DNA of 64,000 nt from Azolla caroliniana. Its lineage: Eukaryota > Plantae > Polypodiophyta. This document shows positions 24,764-37,876 of the stretch, piece after piece. The notes below the pieces were generated by a model. The model saw nothing but the letters and a program-made list of their open reading frames with translations. It ran no database searches and was not told the DNA's origin. The position numbers were made by a program, and so were the translations under genes. The first letter of the stretch is position 1, and each line of letters begins with the position of its first letter. The stretch spans positions 1,922,001-1,986,000 of the forward strand of contig JBHGNT010000001.1 in assembly GCA_043228905.1 (NCBI GenBank), written 5' to 3'.

Positions 24764-26428
24764 CCGGTTCCTGAACTGCTACCACCTTCATCATAAAGGC
24801 ATAATGATATGCCATATAGTTGTTGTAGCCGAATCGGCTAATCAGATTCTTCTATCAGGTGGAGCGACATAGTTTCTCATTTGATGTGGTAGTGGCTTTG
24901 TTTACACAAGGTGTCCTCATGATGGGTACATTGAAGCCACCGAACTCATTGTCGAGTGAGTGAGTCGATTCGTTGCCATAGAATTGATGGTCTTCATATT
25001 CCGGAATTTTGGCCTTGCCTTTGTCCATCTTCGGACTTGGCCGAGATGTGCTTTGGTCTCTCGGGGGCTCTTGTGGCCCATTGGGCCTAGTCGTGATCAG
25101 ACTTTCTTTGAACATATGCCTCAGTTGATCTTGATCTTCTATATCTTGGTTAGCCAAGTTTAGGTTGACTGGACATGGTTTGGGAGGAGTCGGCTTAGGT
25201 TCGTACCATGATGTCGATTCGTCAAGGACGACATCTCGACTTATACGAACCTTCTAAGTAGAGGGGTTGAAGTCCTTGTACCCCTTTTGATCCAGTGAGT
25301 ACCCTACGAGGATACATTTCTCTAACTTGGGATCTAGCTTTTGCCGCTTTTCATTGGGGATGTGCACGTATGCAAGTGCAGGGTAACATCGTGCACCGGT
25401 TCATGAGGTAGACAACAATATTTGCTGCTTCGGCCCAATATGACTTTGGCATGTGCTTCTCGTTTAGTTTCGGCATTCCACTTCGTGGTGACCGATTTTG
25501 TCGCAATATCCGCATTCAATTGAGTTTTGTTGGCTTGGACCGGCATGGAAGCATCCCCTTCTTCCGAACGTTCCTTGATTGTTTCTGTTTTCTTGCCAAA
25601 TTTGGGAGTTGTTTTCATTGGTCAAACCTTGTCCGCCCCGTCCTTATCCAAATTGGCCTATTCTTGCTCGATCGCGTTCTCTTCCTCCGTCCGAGTGTGT
25701 GTAGAGCATGTGGGCTTCCAAGACGTTGCTGCTTGTTTGAACATGATTTTCTTCAACCAACAACATTGTTTGAAGATCGAAGAAAGAGGGAGGATTCTCC
25801 CTTGCTAGGACGACGATTCTCATAGCGCCGAACCGTGGTGCAAGGCCACCTAGGCATATTTACACCATCTCGTCATCCGCCACGTTGACGCTTATTTAGC
25901 CAAGCGAGTCACAAAGCTCCTTGATCTTCAGGGTGTAGCTTGTGATGTACATATCCCTTTGTTGGATGTTGTTCAACTCTTGGTGGAGTTGAAGCTTTAT
26001 GGCGGTTGTGTTGACCGCAAAAATCTTCCTTACATTCTCCCACGCTTCGGTGTCTTGGTTTCTCAAATGTTGACACATGTGGTCATTGACACATGTTGCC
26101 AAGCAATACATCACTTGACTTGCCGCTTGCTCCCATTTTGAGTAGTCGACGTCCTTTGGGTGTAACCCCAATAGCCTTGGCCGACAAGGTATTGGTGCAT
26201 CTTGTACTCCCAAGATGCAAAGTTGTTTCTGTCCTACTTCTCGCTAGGGAGAGCGGCCCCATTTGAGTATTCATTATGTCGATGTAGATTTCTTTCTTCT
26301 TTTCCTTTCTCAAACACGAGCTATGTAGTGGCACTACGATAGCGATGGGCCGAATCTTCTTGAACGTCAACGTAGAGCAGAACACATATGGATGGGCTAG
26401 ATAGAGCTACCAACGTGCTCTGATACCA

Positions 26429-26477
26429 TGTAAAGATTCGGATATGATTCTGAGCAACAGAAGAGATGCGTGTTATA

Positions 26478-26520
<43 letters not shown>

Positions 26521-26904
26521 AGTGGAGGGGAGAGGAGAGAAGAGAGACACAAGATAGATAAGAGAAAATGAAGTACTCAAGAAGATGGTGTATATTAACA
26601 AGGAGAAGATGTAGTACAAAAATGTGGCATTACAAGGAGCAACAACTGACTCTTTATGAAGTAGGAGGAGGGTGCTTTATATAAGGTCACCCTCTCTCTT
26701 CATTAAACACCCACTCTCTCTCTAGAGATATAGAAGCTCATGGGTCATGGGGAATGTGGAACTGAATAGTTATGTGTCATAGAATATGATTCTATGACAC
26801 ATAGTTAATGTGTAGAGAGTGGTGGTGACTTTTGACCTTTGAGGGCTCATATATTCTCAAAGGTGTGTTCACATACTAGATTAGGTTGAGCTTGATTTTC
26901 AATA
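26429..26904 (-). repeat. 5' LTR of the copia element (476 bp), with an extra (GT)n(GA)n tract
   Basis: Adjacent to the PBS. The outer terminus reads TA instead of CA on the plus strand. About 23 substitutions versus the other LTR by eye count. Confidence 0.93.
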
Positions 26905-27599
26905 GGATCCTATATATCCATCTTTAAAGGTTCACATGGTACTTTATAAGTAGTTTTGTAGTGTTTGATTCTCTCCATTGCTTGGGTTTTCTCTTCGATG
27001 TGTCTACAATGTTGCGGCTTCAACAACAAATATAAAGGCCCAATGATGTGCAAAAAACGTGGGATTCATATGTCTAATGATAGAAGACGAACGTCTCATC
27101 TTAGAACCACGTCAACTTTGGTCAGGAGTCAAGACACACACACACACACACGACACATCATCTGTCACACATAGATCACATCTAACATTGTTAAGGGCCT
27201 ACGCCTTACAATTGTATGAGCCAACCCAATGACCAACCGAACCATTTGGGTTGTCTAAAATTTGTTTGTCGGAAACACAATAGATCATTGTCATTGGACA
27301 ATAATGCTTCAACAGTGAAAAAGATCTCTAGTCAATAGTGAGACTGTGCCCACCATTTCCATGGGGGCCTCAAGAAACACCCACAAGAAGGTCACCATTT
27401 CCACTTCTAGTTCTAACTTGTTCACGATGGCCCCCAATCTGCACCAAGGATTTTAGCAGGAGGAGCACCAAATTCACTTCGCACTAAATCTCTTCCTCCT
27501 CCTCCTCCTCCTCCATCATCATGAAGATGATGGCATTGTGTATACTGCTTACCATCTTGGAGAAGGAAGACATGAATTCAGGGATAGAAGATGACTGAC

Positions 27600-28560
27600 C
27601 GCCTTTCTTCTTGGTTACCCCCGGGGCAGGGAGGAGGTGGATATGGAGCCAACCACTGGGAAAGGAGGAGGAGGAGGAGGAGATGGTTTGATGGATGAAG
27701 AACAGCTCATATGGACAAATGCATTAAGCTCTCGATGAACGATGCCACAATTTATGAAGTGGATGCTATTATTTGGCTGCCACAAGTAGGAATTCCTGCC
27801 TGTTGAGTCTTGAAAATGCAAGCGGTATGCAGTACCCTGAGCTTTGGAGTCACAGATGTGATGGTAGCCAGATATTTAAACTTTGACTACACCGGATTTA
27901 TGGAGAATAAATACAAAATTACCATCAGGAAGAACTAGATTACTCTATTTGAAGTTACATACAATCAGAGAATGCTATGGATATGGTTGCGAAGGCTCCG
28001 TTATTTCGAAGAATTTTGTAACCCTAGGCCATGTGTATTAAGTCCTATGGTGGGAGGTTGATGTAAATGGGAGACATTAGAGAAAGACAAATTAATTGGC
28101 TGGGCACTTGTGTATAAGTCCTTTGCTAGGGATTCAAATGACTGGTGGCATAGAAATATACCTACACAAACCACGATTCTAGTTGTAAGGCTAATGTGGA
28201 AGCTCTGAACAAGCTGGTACAGCATAGCAAGCATCATACAAAAGAATTCAGAGAAATGTGTATAGCAAGTCTCAATTGTAGAATTGTGCGATTCCACTGT
28301 CAATTAGTTGAGCTATTCGAAGGGCGATTCAATTCCGGCCTCAGAAAATCGAAGGAATTGCTTATCTGTGAGCGAGTGAGCAAAGGTTCCAGGAAAAAGT
28401 TGCAGGGTGAACATTCAGTGGATTATTAAGACTACTTTGGTGGAATTTATTTGCTTATCTTCATTTGAGGATGGAGTTTGTAAATAATTGCAATGTTGGT
28501 CAGATGGACAAAGCTAACTTTGATGTACAACTTAGATAGAGATTGTGAAGACCCCTTATA
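27600..28560 (+). mobile_element. Possible degenerate LINE ORF2 3' fragment
   Basis: Plus-strand pieces such as IW..L...FMKWMLL..LPV..C resemble zf-RVT. Many stops and no TSD found. Confidence 0.3.
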
Positions 28561-30142
28561 ACGATCATTATTTTGTATAAAGTCTTGATTATATTCGTTT
28601 GGTGCGTTTTTTGTTTTTTCTGTCAATTGAAAGCTTATTTTGTGAGCTTCACCCCATGTTATTGGCTGTTCTACATCATTTTATTTTTCAGAAAGGCTGT
28701 ACACCATCAAGTGAGGAGAAGAGCTCCCAATTTTGTAAGAATGATATAGTTGAAATGTTTCTTTGGGTATTTCCAATTCAAAATTATTTCAACCAAATCT
28801 TAGCTCTGCTCAGAGTCAATAGATTCTATCCAAAACTCACTAGTTTAATGCAGCAGTGTCATATATCAAAGCCAGGATTTAGTAATTCGTCTACATATTA
28901 CTCACCAACTAGTGCTTGTAGTTAAAATCAAATTCCTTATAATCTTATCCCCAGATTTTTAGGTCAACATAAAAGTACACTTCTAACCTCTGTAGTGCGA
29001 CATGCGACATTTTGTCTCATAACCAAAATTGTAGTGCTTGTCAATGATATAATTCCCATCTGCATGCCAAATTAATACTCTTCGTTCACCATGTGTATAG
29101 ATATATTTGTGACACATACATGCATGCATGCATGCATGTATATATGTGATTGTATGTGTGCATGCACATATTGTACGTTGATTTGTACACATGTATGCAT
29201 ACACATATGTATGCGTTCATAAGATACATATACGTTAAAAATGGATATTAATTATTTGGGATAACTTGCAATGGAAATTCATAATGCTTAGGATGGAATA
29301 CATCATATATAGATGTATGTGTTTGTGTATAGCATTATACTGGTACAAAATGTGTACAAAATGTAGTTATACAATGAAACAACACTTGCTGCCTTTCTTA
29401 TGATACAAAGAATTGGCTGAGCCTCAGAAACTCTGAAAACTCAACATATATAAATAATATAGGTAGATAGCTAGATAGATATACATATACACATATATAT
29501 ATGTATGCATCTTACATTAGAATTGATCTTGTCAGCAGCTAGATAGATAGTGCCATGAGCTATCGTGATCTGTTAATAAATAAATAGATATACTAACCCT
29601 TCTAAAGCCTAATATACATATCAGCCTAATATACAATATATTTTGATGATCCATCTCTATCTTTCTCTCTCTGTGTAGTGTCTGGCACCCGATCCCTCTT
29701 TTCTTTCCATCTGTTTACCCTTTCCCTCACTATTCTTTTCTCATATATTGCAACCATAGCCCTAATATGTATATATATTTATATCAATCCATGGCATGGA
29801 AGAACCCATTGTAGAGGATTATTATAAGATTATATAAAGGCACCTTTCATCAGCTTAGCGACAAAAAAAACCATAGGTTATTGGGTAGTATATAAGCAAA
29901 ATAAGTGAGAAATTTATATACCCTTGATCTCTGACCTCCCATTTTTTATCTTGACCTTTGACTGGCTCGGTTTGCCTTATCATGGCTTTGTTGTTGACTT
30001 TGATAACCATTTCAAGATGATATAATAGTTTAAAGATATTCATATATGTATTGTGATCTTTTCTTTTGTTTCCCTCAGCATGTCATCTAAATTCGCCCTT
30101 TCACTGTTCTTGTTTCTGTTGTGTTTTGGCTGGTTTTTACTT

Positions 30143-33100
30143 TTAGCGTTTGCGTTTGGACTTGAGGGCGGCTGTCGAGGATGGGTTGCTGTGCCAATTT
30201 CTCTTCCTCTGGTTGATGAACCAGTTATTTATTTGTTTCAATTGCAACCCTGTCTCCTGAACAAGCCTTGCCTTCTCATCCTCCTGAGCAACACCATATA
30301 TTCATTAAGTTTGCCAAATCAACAATCAACAAACGAATGACAAATCAAGTTTGAACCATAATATCACCCCAAACCAATGAGTTATGAATCAAAATTTGCA
30401 TCATAATGAAACTCAAAACAGAAAAATGAATTAATCAAGTTTGCATCAAAATCAATAAGTTCCAAAAGAAAAACAACTAAACTAGCCAAGTTTGCATCAA
30501 TATGTCCCAAAATAAAATAAAATGAATTAATGAAGTCAGGGGCATCTTTAGCAAAAATATCAATAAATAAGTCTGCCTTCTGATCATTTGCTCGAGTGAA
30601 AACATTATTAATCTCTCATTTGGTCCTTCCCCTTCTAATATTTAATTTCTTCTCATGAAGATTCAGGGCTCAATATCGAACCAAGTAAAAAAGAATATGT
30701 GACCTGTGCTTCCTCAACATACCAAAAACAAGAGAACATGTTAGTTTGGCATGCTCACACATGAGGACATAATGCCCAAGAACTTTGATGAGGTTGGCAG
30801 GCTTTCATGAAATCCTTACACGTAAGGAACCATCACAAGCAACATTATTTTTTGCATGATCTTTGCTTGTGTACTCAACCACAAAACCATACAAGTCAGT
30901 GAAATTCAAACTCACTCATTCTTTATTTTAGCTTCTACTTTTGAATCTACCATTTAAAAATCCCTCACCCATACAATTGGGGAAGGTTGTTTATAACAAT
31001 TGCTGGTTCCACAACTCATATGCATGTTGGTTCTCATAGAGATTAATATGTCATAACTCATCATCCACTGTAGCAATAATTATCTTCAAATTGAGATTGG
31101 AACTTGAAAAGGAATACAACGAATGCCATTTGCATGTTGTCCTAATCACGACATCGAGGACAAGGAGTATATATGACTACGATGTGAAACGTTGCTTGTG
31201 TACTCAACCACAAAACTGTACAAGTCAGTGAAATTCGAACTCACTCATAGTTCTTTATCTTAGCTTCTACTTTTTAATCTACCATTTAAAAATCCCTCAC
31301 CCATACAAAATGGGGAAGGTTATTGTAACAATTGCTGGTTCCACAACTCATATGCATGTCGGTTCTCATAGAGATTAGTATGTCATCACTCATCATCCAC
31401 TGTAGCAATAATTATCTTCAAATTGAGATTGGAACTTGAAAAGGAATACAACGAATGCCATTTGCATGTTGTCCTAATCACGACATTGAGGACAAGGAGT
31501 ATATATGACTACGATGTGAAACGTTGCTTGTGTACTCAACCACAAAACTGTACAAGTCAGTGAAATTCGAACTCACTCATAGTTCTTTATCTTAGCTTCT
31601 ACTTTTTAATCTACCATTTAAAAATCCCTCACCCATACAAAATGGGGAAGGTTATTGTAACAATTGCTGGTTCCACAACTCATATGCATGTCGGTTCTCA
31701 TAGAGATTAGTATGTCATCACTCATCATCCACTGTAGCAATAATTATCTTCAAATTGAGATTGGAACTTGAAAAGGAATACAACGAATGCCATTTGCATG
31801 TTGTCCTAATCACGACATCGAGGACAAGGAGTATATATGACTACGATGTGAAACGTTGCTTGTGTACTCAACCACAAAACCGTACAAGTAAGTGAAATTC
31901 GAACTCACTCATAGTTCTTTATCTTAGCTTCTACATTTTAATCTACCGTTTAAAAATCCCTCACCCATACAAAATGGGGAAGGTTGTTGTAACAATTGCT
32001 GGTTCCGCAACTCATATGCATGTCGGTTCTCATAGAGATTAGAATGTCATCACTCATCATCCACTGTAGCAATAATTATCTTCAAATTGAGATTGGAACT
32101 TGAAAGGAATACAACGAATGCCATCTGCATGTTGTCCTAATCACGACATCGAGGACAAGGAGTATATATGACTACAATGTGAAATGTTCACAACCATCCG
32201 ACGAATTGCTTTCTTGACATCACTTACCATTTGCACAACTCCAAGTGACGCCCACCTCTTAGGCCAATAAGTGTGTGCTCTTTACTAGTAGAGGAGCCTT
32301 TCTTGTAATGCTTATTTTGCGTACTACTTCATGTTTCTAGCCCTACGGACACCAAAATATCCTCATCACCTCTTTTAGTATAGCAAATGACACATCGGTT
32401 TAAGATATAGAACATGTACACAACTCAATTCAATTGTGGATTATATGTTCATGAGAAAGTTTCGAGTCATGTCTTGTTGATCCACGGACAATGACCAAGC
32501 GGAACGAGGATGCCAAGAACAGCAGGTTTTCACACAATTTCATTCCCACGAAACTACCTTGGCACAACTACAAGGTCCAAATGATGCGACTTGTCTAACC
32601 ACATCTTATCATTGCCATGGTCTTAATCCGAAAGGGCAGGAATGAAGCTTAGGGAAGCCAGCAGCCCCTAGGCAGAGGAAATCGGATGGTTATCCGCTCT
32701 CCCAATCAAAAGATTGAGAATGAGCTGGGAACATCTCATGCTAACTATGATGTCCACTATTCGCAGCCACCGAATAATTACTTGATATCCGTATCTTAGG
32801 AACAAAATATATGCTATGATGTCCACTATGCGCAGCCACCGAATAATTACTTGATATCCGTATCTTAGGAACAAAATATATGCTATGATGTCCACTATGC
32901 GCAGCCACCGAATAATTACTTGATATCCGTATCTTAGGAACAAAATATATGTTCTTTATTTAGGAATAATTGCGACACGAAGAGAAATGTATGAACCACA
33001 CACGTGGCGACATCCTCTGCAGCGGAGATCTCCCATGAACTACTCTTCCATGGTCACACGACTCAATGGAAACTCCAGATTTTCTCATCGGGGAGTCGAG

Positions 33101-36100
33101 TAGTTTTTATCCATTCAGGTTCATAATTGACTCTCTTAACAAGTAAATGCTGGCGTGAAAACCGGAATGGCTAAAAAATCTATGCTTTGTGGCGAAGTTC
33201 ATCCGATACTGGTTTGAATAATCTTTCTAAGATATTCTATCTGGTTTTGACACCATATTAACATTGAGTTGTAGGTAAAAAATTAAAGCCTTTGCTTAGC
33301 CATTCCAACTAATAGGGGCTGGCAATTATTTGGGTAAGTGTATGGTTATATATATAGAGAGAGAAAACGAGAGAAGGGGGTGTTTTGGTATGGTTTAACA
33401 GATCCGGAGTAAGTTTTGCGATATGTACATTTATGTTTTGGATCGTAGGATAGGATCTCCTTTTATTTTATTTTTTTCAGGTTAGCAGGGGCTGTTTGTA
33501 CATAAGCGGCAATGATCTGTATGTTTGCCTGTGTGCAAGTGTGTGTCTAATCTTATAATAAGTATGTCTCTATACCTCATTCAGATGTTAAATGGAAGAG
33601 TTTGAATTGCTCTCTATAAGCTATAAACCTTGCCAATTGTTTTTGTAGGATTTTCAAATTCGACCCTGGCACATCGCGGTATAAAATCATTAAGTTTATG
33701 CTGTGTTTCTTTTTTCGTGGGGGTATAACAAGATCATCACTACAGAGTGAGAGACTCTTACGAAGGCTTTATGCAATGAGAGTCAAATGGACAATGAGAC
33801 TTTCATTCTTACAAGAAAGATTCATGGCGACACAGAAATGCTTGTTTATTCTGTTCTTTGCAAGAACGGGATAGTGATTAATGAATCTCTATCCATACTC
33901 TGCAAGAAAGGCAACGTAATGAATGAGTACTTTCTAAGGATAAGGTATATAACGCTAGTGGCACCGTCGTAAGCACCACCTTAAATGAAAAACCTGAAAA
34001 TCGGAGGTCTAGATGTATATACTAAAAACAAAAGGTTATGTATCCTTGACATGGATAAGCAAGCATCCTAGAGAAGGGACTCACGCAGTATATCCTTCTA
34101 GATCTGTTGCATTATCGTCAGCATATATTGGGAAGAACCAGTACTTGATCAAAGCGTCCAAGTCATTAATCAAAGCAAGGAAGCAGAGACATCAAATTAC
34201 TGGCAAATCAGTCATTAATTATGTATAGATAGGAGATTGATGATCTATTAAACAGACCAACATTAACTAATTCGCCATTAGTCAGCTATAGAAGATTGAT
34301 GATATATACTATATCAATGCTTAAAAAACACAGTTACAATGCTTAGGGATAATGATGATGATGGTGATCGTGATGTAAAAACTCCTAAATACAGCCAAAT
34401 TTCTCTTCCATTTTACCTGAAAAGAATCCCCTGAGATTCCCTTATCTGCCCTCCTCTAGTAGGGTAGTAGGGTTTTGGGGGAGGGGGGAAACCGATGGAA
34501 AGAAACACAGTGGGTATTTTGGAGATTTTCTGAAATAATAATGATAAGCAGAAGTTACAGAAGGCGTGTGCTTACCGTAGGATACGGCCATTTCGAGTGA
34601 GCATGCCACCATGACTTGAGTACAGAGGTGGTATCACCAGGTAGCTTCCCTGCTCTACGCTTCCGAAGAATTTCTTCTCTCACGTCCACAATCCTTTCTT
34701 TGTAACCCTAGAAACATTAATATCGATCCATAAGTCCAGGATCACGTAATAGTTAAGTGTCACAGTAGGTCGCGTTCTGTATCCAATGATTAATTAAGCA
34801 CATTACGCAATTAACGACGGGTCTGTAGGGCATCACATTGCTGAAGAGGGTGGGGGGGGGGAGGGGTTCCCTCTCCCTCTCCCTCCGTTTTGATTCTCTC
34901 GATTCTTCAGTGCGTAGTTGAGATTAACAAATAAAGGAAGGAAAAGAGTTAGGCATGAAGAAAGGCATTTACGTTCTTCAGCTCGCTCTTGAGTTCCTGC
35001 CGGACACGTTCCATAAGGGTGCGCTCGGTCTCTGTGGGGATCAGAGGTCCGAAAGCTCCACTATCATGGCCCAAGCTGCAGTCAAAAGCTCCACCACCGC
35101 TGCCCTCAAACATCATGCTCGCGTCGCTCTCCATCATCAACCCAGCTGCTGAGGAGGAAGAAGGATCATCCATCTGCTCGTCATCGGACATGGTGGCCCC
35201 TGTCCCCTCTCCAGGAGACACACCTGTAGACGCAGAAATTGAAAGAACTCATGAGACATAAAATCTATGTGTTTTTCTGTGTTTTCTTTCTTCACACCAT
35301 ACTTGTACTTAGTAACTGTAGAGAACGTAATACTCAGGAAAATGGGTGTAGAAATTGGGGCTTCCTTATAAATACGTCTACCTCAACTGGATCATATTCA
35401 TATGAGTCCATAAAAAGGAAGGAAAGGAAAGATTTTAGGTTTTCCTTTTAGATTTTCTCCGCAGAGTTAGGGTTTACGTACTGATATAGTGATTTAGAGA
35501 TCAACATAGAGGAAAGACGATACGAGCTCGGAATTCACGATTTTTTTTTTTACCTGTTAGGGTTAAGAGGGATTGTTCGAGTTCCCAGCATGCCATCACA
35601 GCTTCCATTGCGTGCACCTTAACGTGCTGCTGGAGCTGTTCTTTAAATGTGCAGAGAAGAAGCACATAATGAGCCTGTAAAATAAAAGTTAAACAGTTGT
35701 GTATTTAAGATAACGGAAAAGAAGAAGGAATACAGGAGTTAAAGTTTAGTGTATTGGAAGAATTCTTCAAGCACAAATTTTGTTATCAAGGCAAAACGCT
35801 GCGGCGATGCAGCATTGCATAATTGATGATAATTTCGCGTCATGCTCATGCGGTAACCATGGTTTCTCCATTATTCCTACTCCTACATTTTCAATGTTAC
35901 CTTACGAACTTGCCGTTTTAATAGATGAGAAGAAAATCGGAAGAAGGATACAAAGAAAACTCAGCCTGAAAGAATTGTAATATTGGCATAAGGTTTCCGA
36001 AATTGGGGAAATAGGGCCGACGGAGGGGAAGAAGAAACCATGGCTCCGCAAACACCACCACTAGTAGTCATTTCCTTCTTGGTGCTAATCCTCTCTTTGG

Positions 36101-36428
36101 GAAATGTATGCAGAAGAAAGTCAGATTCAGAGATAGAATGTGAAAATCAACAATATCTACGCAGAGAGAGGGGGGGATATATCTCGAGTCTCTATGGATT
36201 TGCAGAAAACCTACAAAAGTAATCGTGACAGCTCATAATGGCGTGGATTACGATTTATCATGATTATCCATGACCATCGCAAAAAAAACATTAACTAAAA
36301 ATCTCTTGTGATTTAATTAACTAAACTTTCAGTTTGCACAGAAAGAAAACAAAGGGAGTCTAATATTCCATGTACCGGTTGAAGGATCGAGAATGTAAAA
36401 TGGATAACATTGGTACGTTTAGGGTTTA

Positions 36429-36481
<53 letters not shown>

Positions 36482-37793
36482 AGCCCACTCTAAATGAAAA
36501 GGACAGCGCACGAATGCAGATGGAAGGAAAATGTTTCCAAGTACAAAAACTTGGACTTTGCACGCAGAATTAGAACTAGAAGGATCCATAAGAACCAGAG
36601 TTAGGGAAATGGAGGGAAAGTTTAGTAGCCATTCAAGATAGATGAGAGAGAGAGAGGAGGTCAGCTCACTCTAAATGAAAACGATAGTCCATGAATGTAG
36701 ATAGAAAGAAATGATTCCAAAGTACAAAAATTTGAACTTTGCATGCGGAAGTAGAAGGGGCCATAAGAACCAGAGTTAGAGAAATGGAGAGAACGTTTTG
36801 TCGCCATTCAAGATAGATTCATGATGAAATGGACAAAATCCAACAGAGGCTAGGGTTTACCAAATGGAAGTATTTATAGCAATCTAGGATAAGATTAATG
36901 CTTTGATTTTTGCGAAGCGGAGAATTTGCAATGTTTCAGGATCAGACTTTATCGGCCAAAGTGGTGTAGAATTGGAAATCAAAGCGTCATAGTTTGCTTC
37001 ATAGACATAGTTCAAAGCGTTCAGAACGTAAGAAAAGAAGAAGAAAGGACGTCCATTGTGTAGGAAGATTTAGGAAAGGTTCATCAAATGATCAAACTTG
37101 AAGTTCCATAATAGCCAAATGAAGAAACCAGACAAAGTAGGGTTATTCCAAGATGATTCAGTCTGAACAAGAAGTGGAAGCTAATATATTAATCTGCCAA
37201 TAAGAAGTAGAAAGTCGACGAAGCTTCATTACTCTACAAATAAGAAGAGGAATAAAGAAGAATGGATGAGGCCCCATTGCACTCCAATGAAGAAAGAAGA
37301 AAGAAGACGAAAGTTCATTTCTTTTCAAAGAAGCAGAAGAAAGAAGAATAGATGGAGAATTGGAATTAGCAATCTCAGCTCCATGGCAACAAGCGTAATC
37401 AATCTCCATAAATGTATTAGAAGAAGGAGCTTCATTGCTTTCCGGAGACGCAGAAGAAAGAATAATAGAAGAAGAATTAAAATTAGCATTCTCGTCTCCA
37501 TGGCAACAAGCTTAATCATTCTAGATATAAATATATTCTTTCTTGATGAACTGTTGAAGAATTATAGAGTTTTAAAATTTCTGTACTATATGTTATAATT
37601 TGTGTGGGTTAAATCCTGATCTGAAGTTCACAAGGATCTCTGCATCAAATTCTATTTATCCACAACAATGTTAAAAATTAGCGTCTCTACAGATATTACA
37701 AAAACAAAATTAAATGAACGTCATCGTCAGAGGCTAATAACATAAATCAGAAGAGACTAGATCAAAACTAGGCTTTTTCTCTCACTCTTATGC

Positions 37794-37876
<83 letters not shown>

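Larger units (their letters stand above)
21994..26904 (-). mobile_element. Ty1/copia LTR retrotransposon, internally deleted and non-functional
   Basis: LTRs at 21994-22421 and 26429-26904. TSD GGATC at 21989-21993 and 26905-26909. PBS TGGTATCAGAGC (tRNA-iMet) at 26417-26428 on the minus strand. PPT ..TTGAGGGGGCG next to the LTR at 22422. Frameshifted gag, CCHC knuckle (CGYCDKIGHHEVEC), RT (LYVDDL, YGLKQAPRAW) and RNase H (ADWAG..DRRST) pieces. Confidence 0.95.

Noticed and set aside
32668-32943. ORF with three 23-aa repeats
   Set aside because: It is a by-product of the 69-bp tandem repeat, starts on a non-ATG codon and lies within an intron.
30863-32951. Regular repeats as a possible CRISPR-like array
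   Set aside because: The units are head-to-tail with no unique spacers, there are no cas genes, and the context is a eukaryotic intron.
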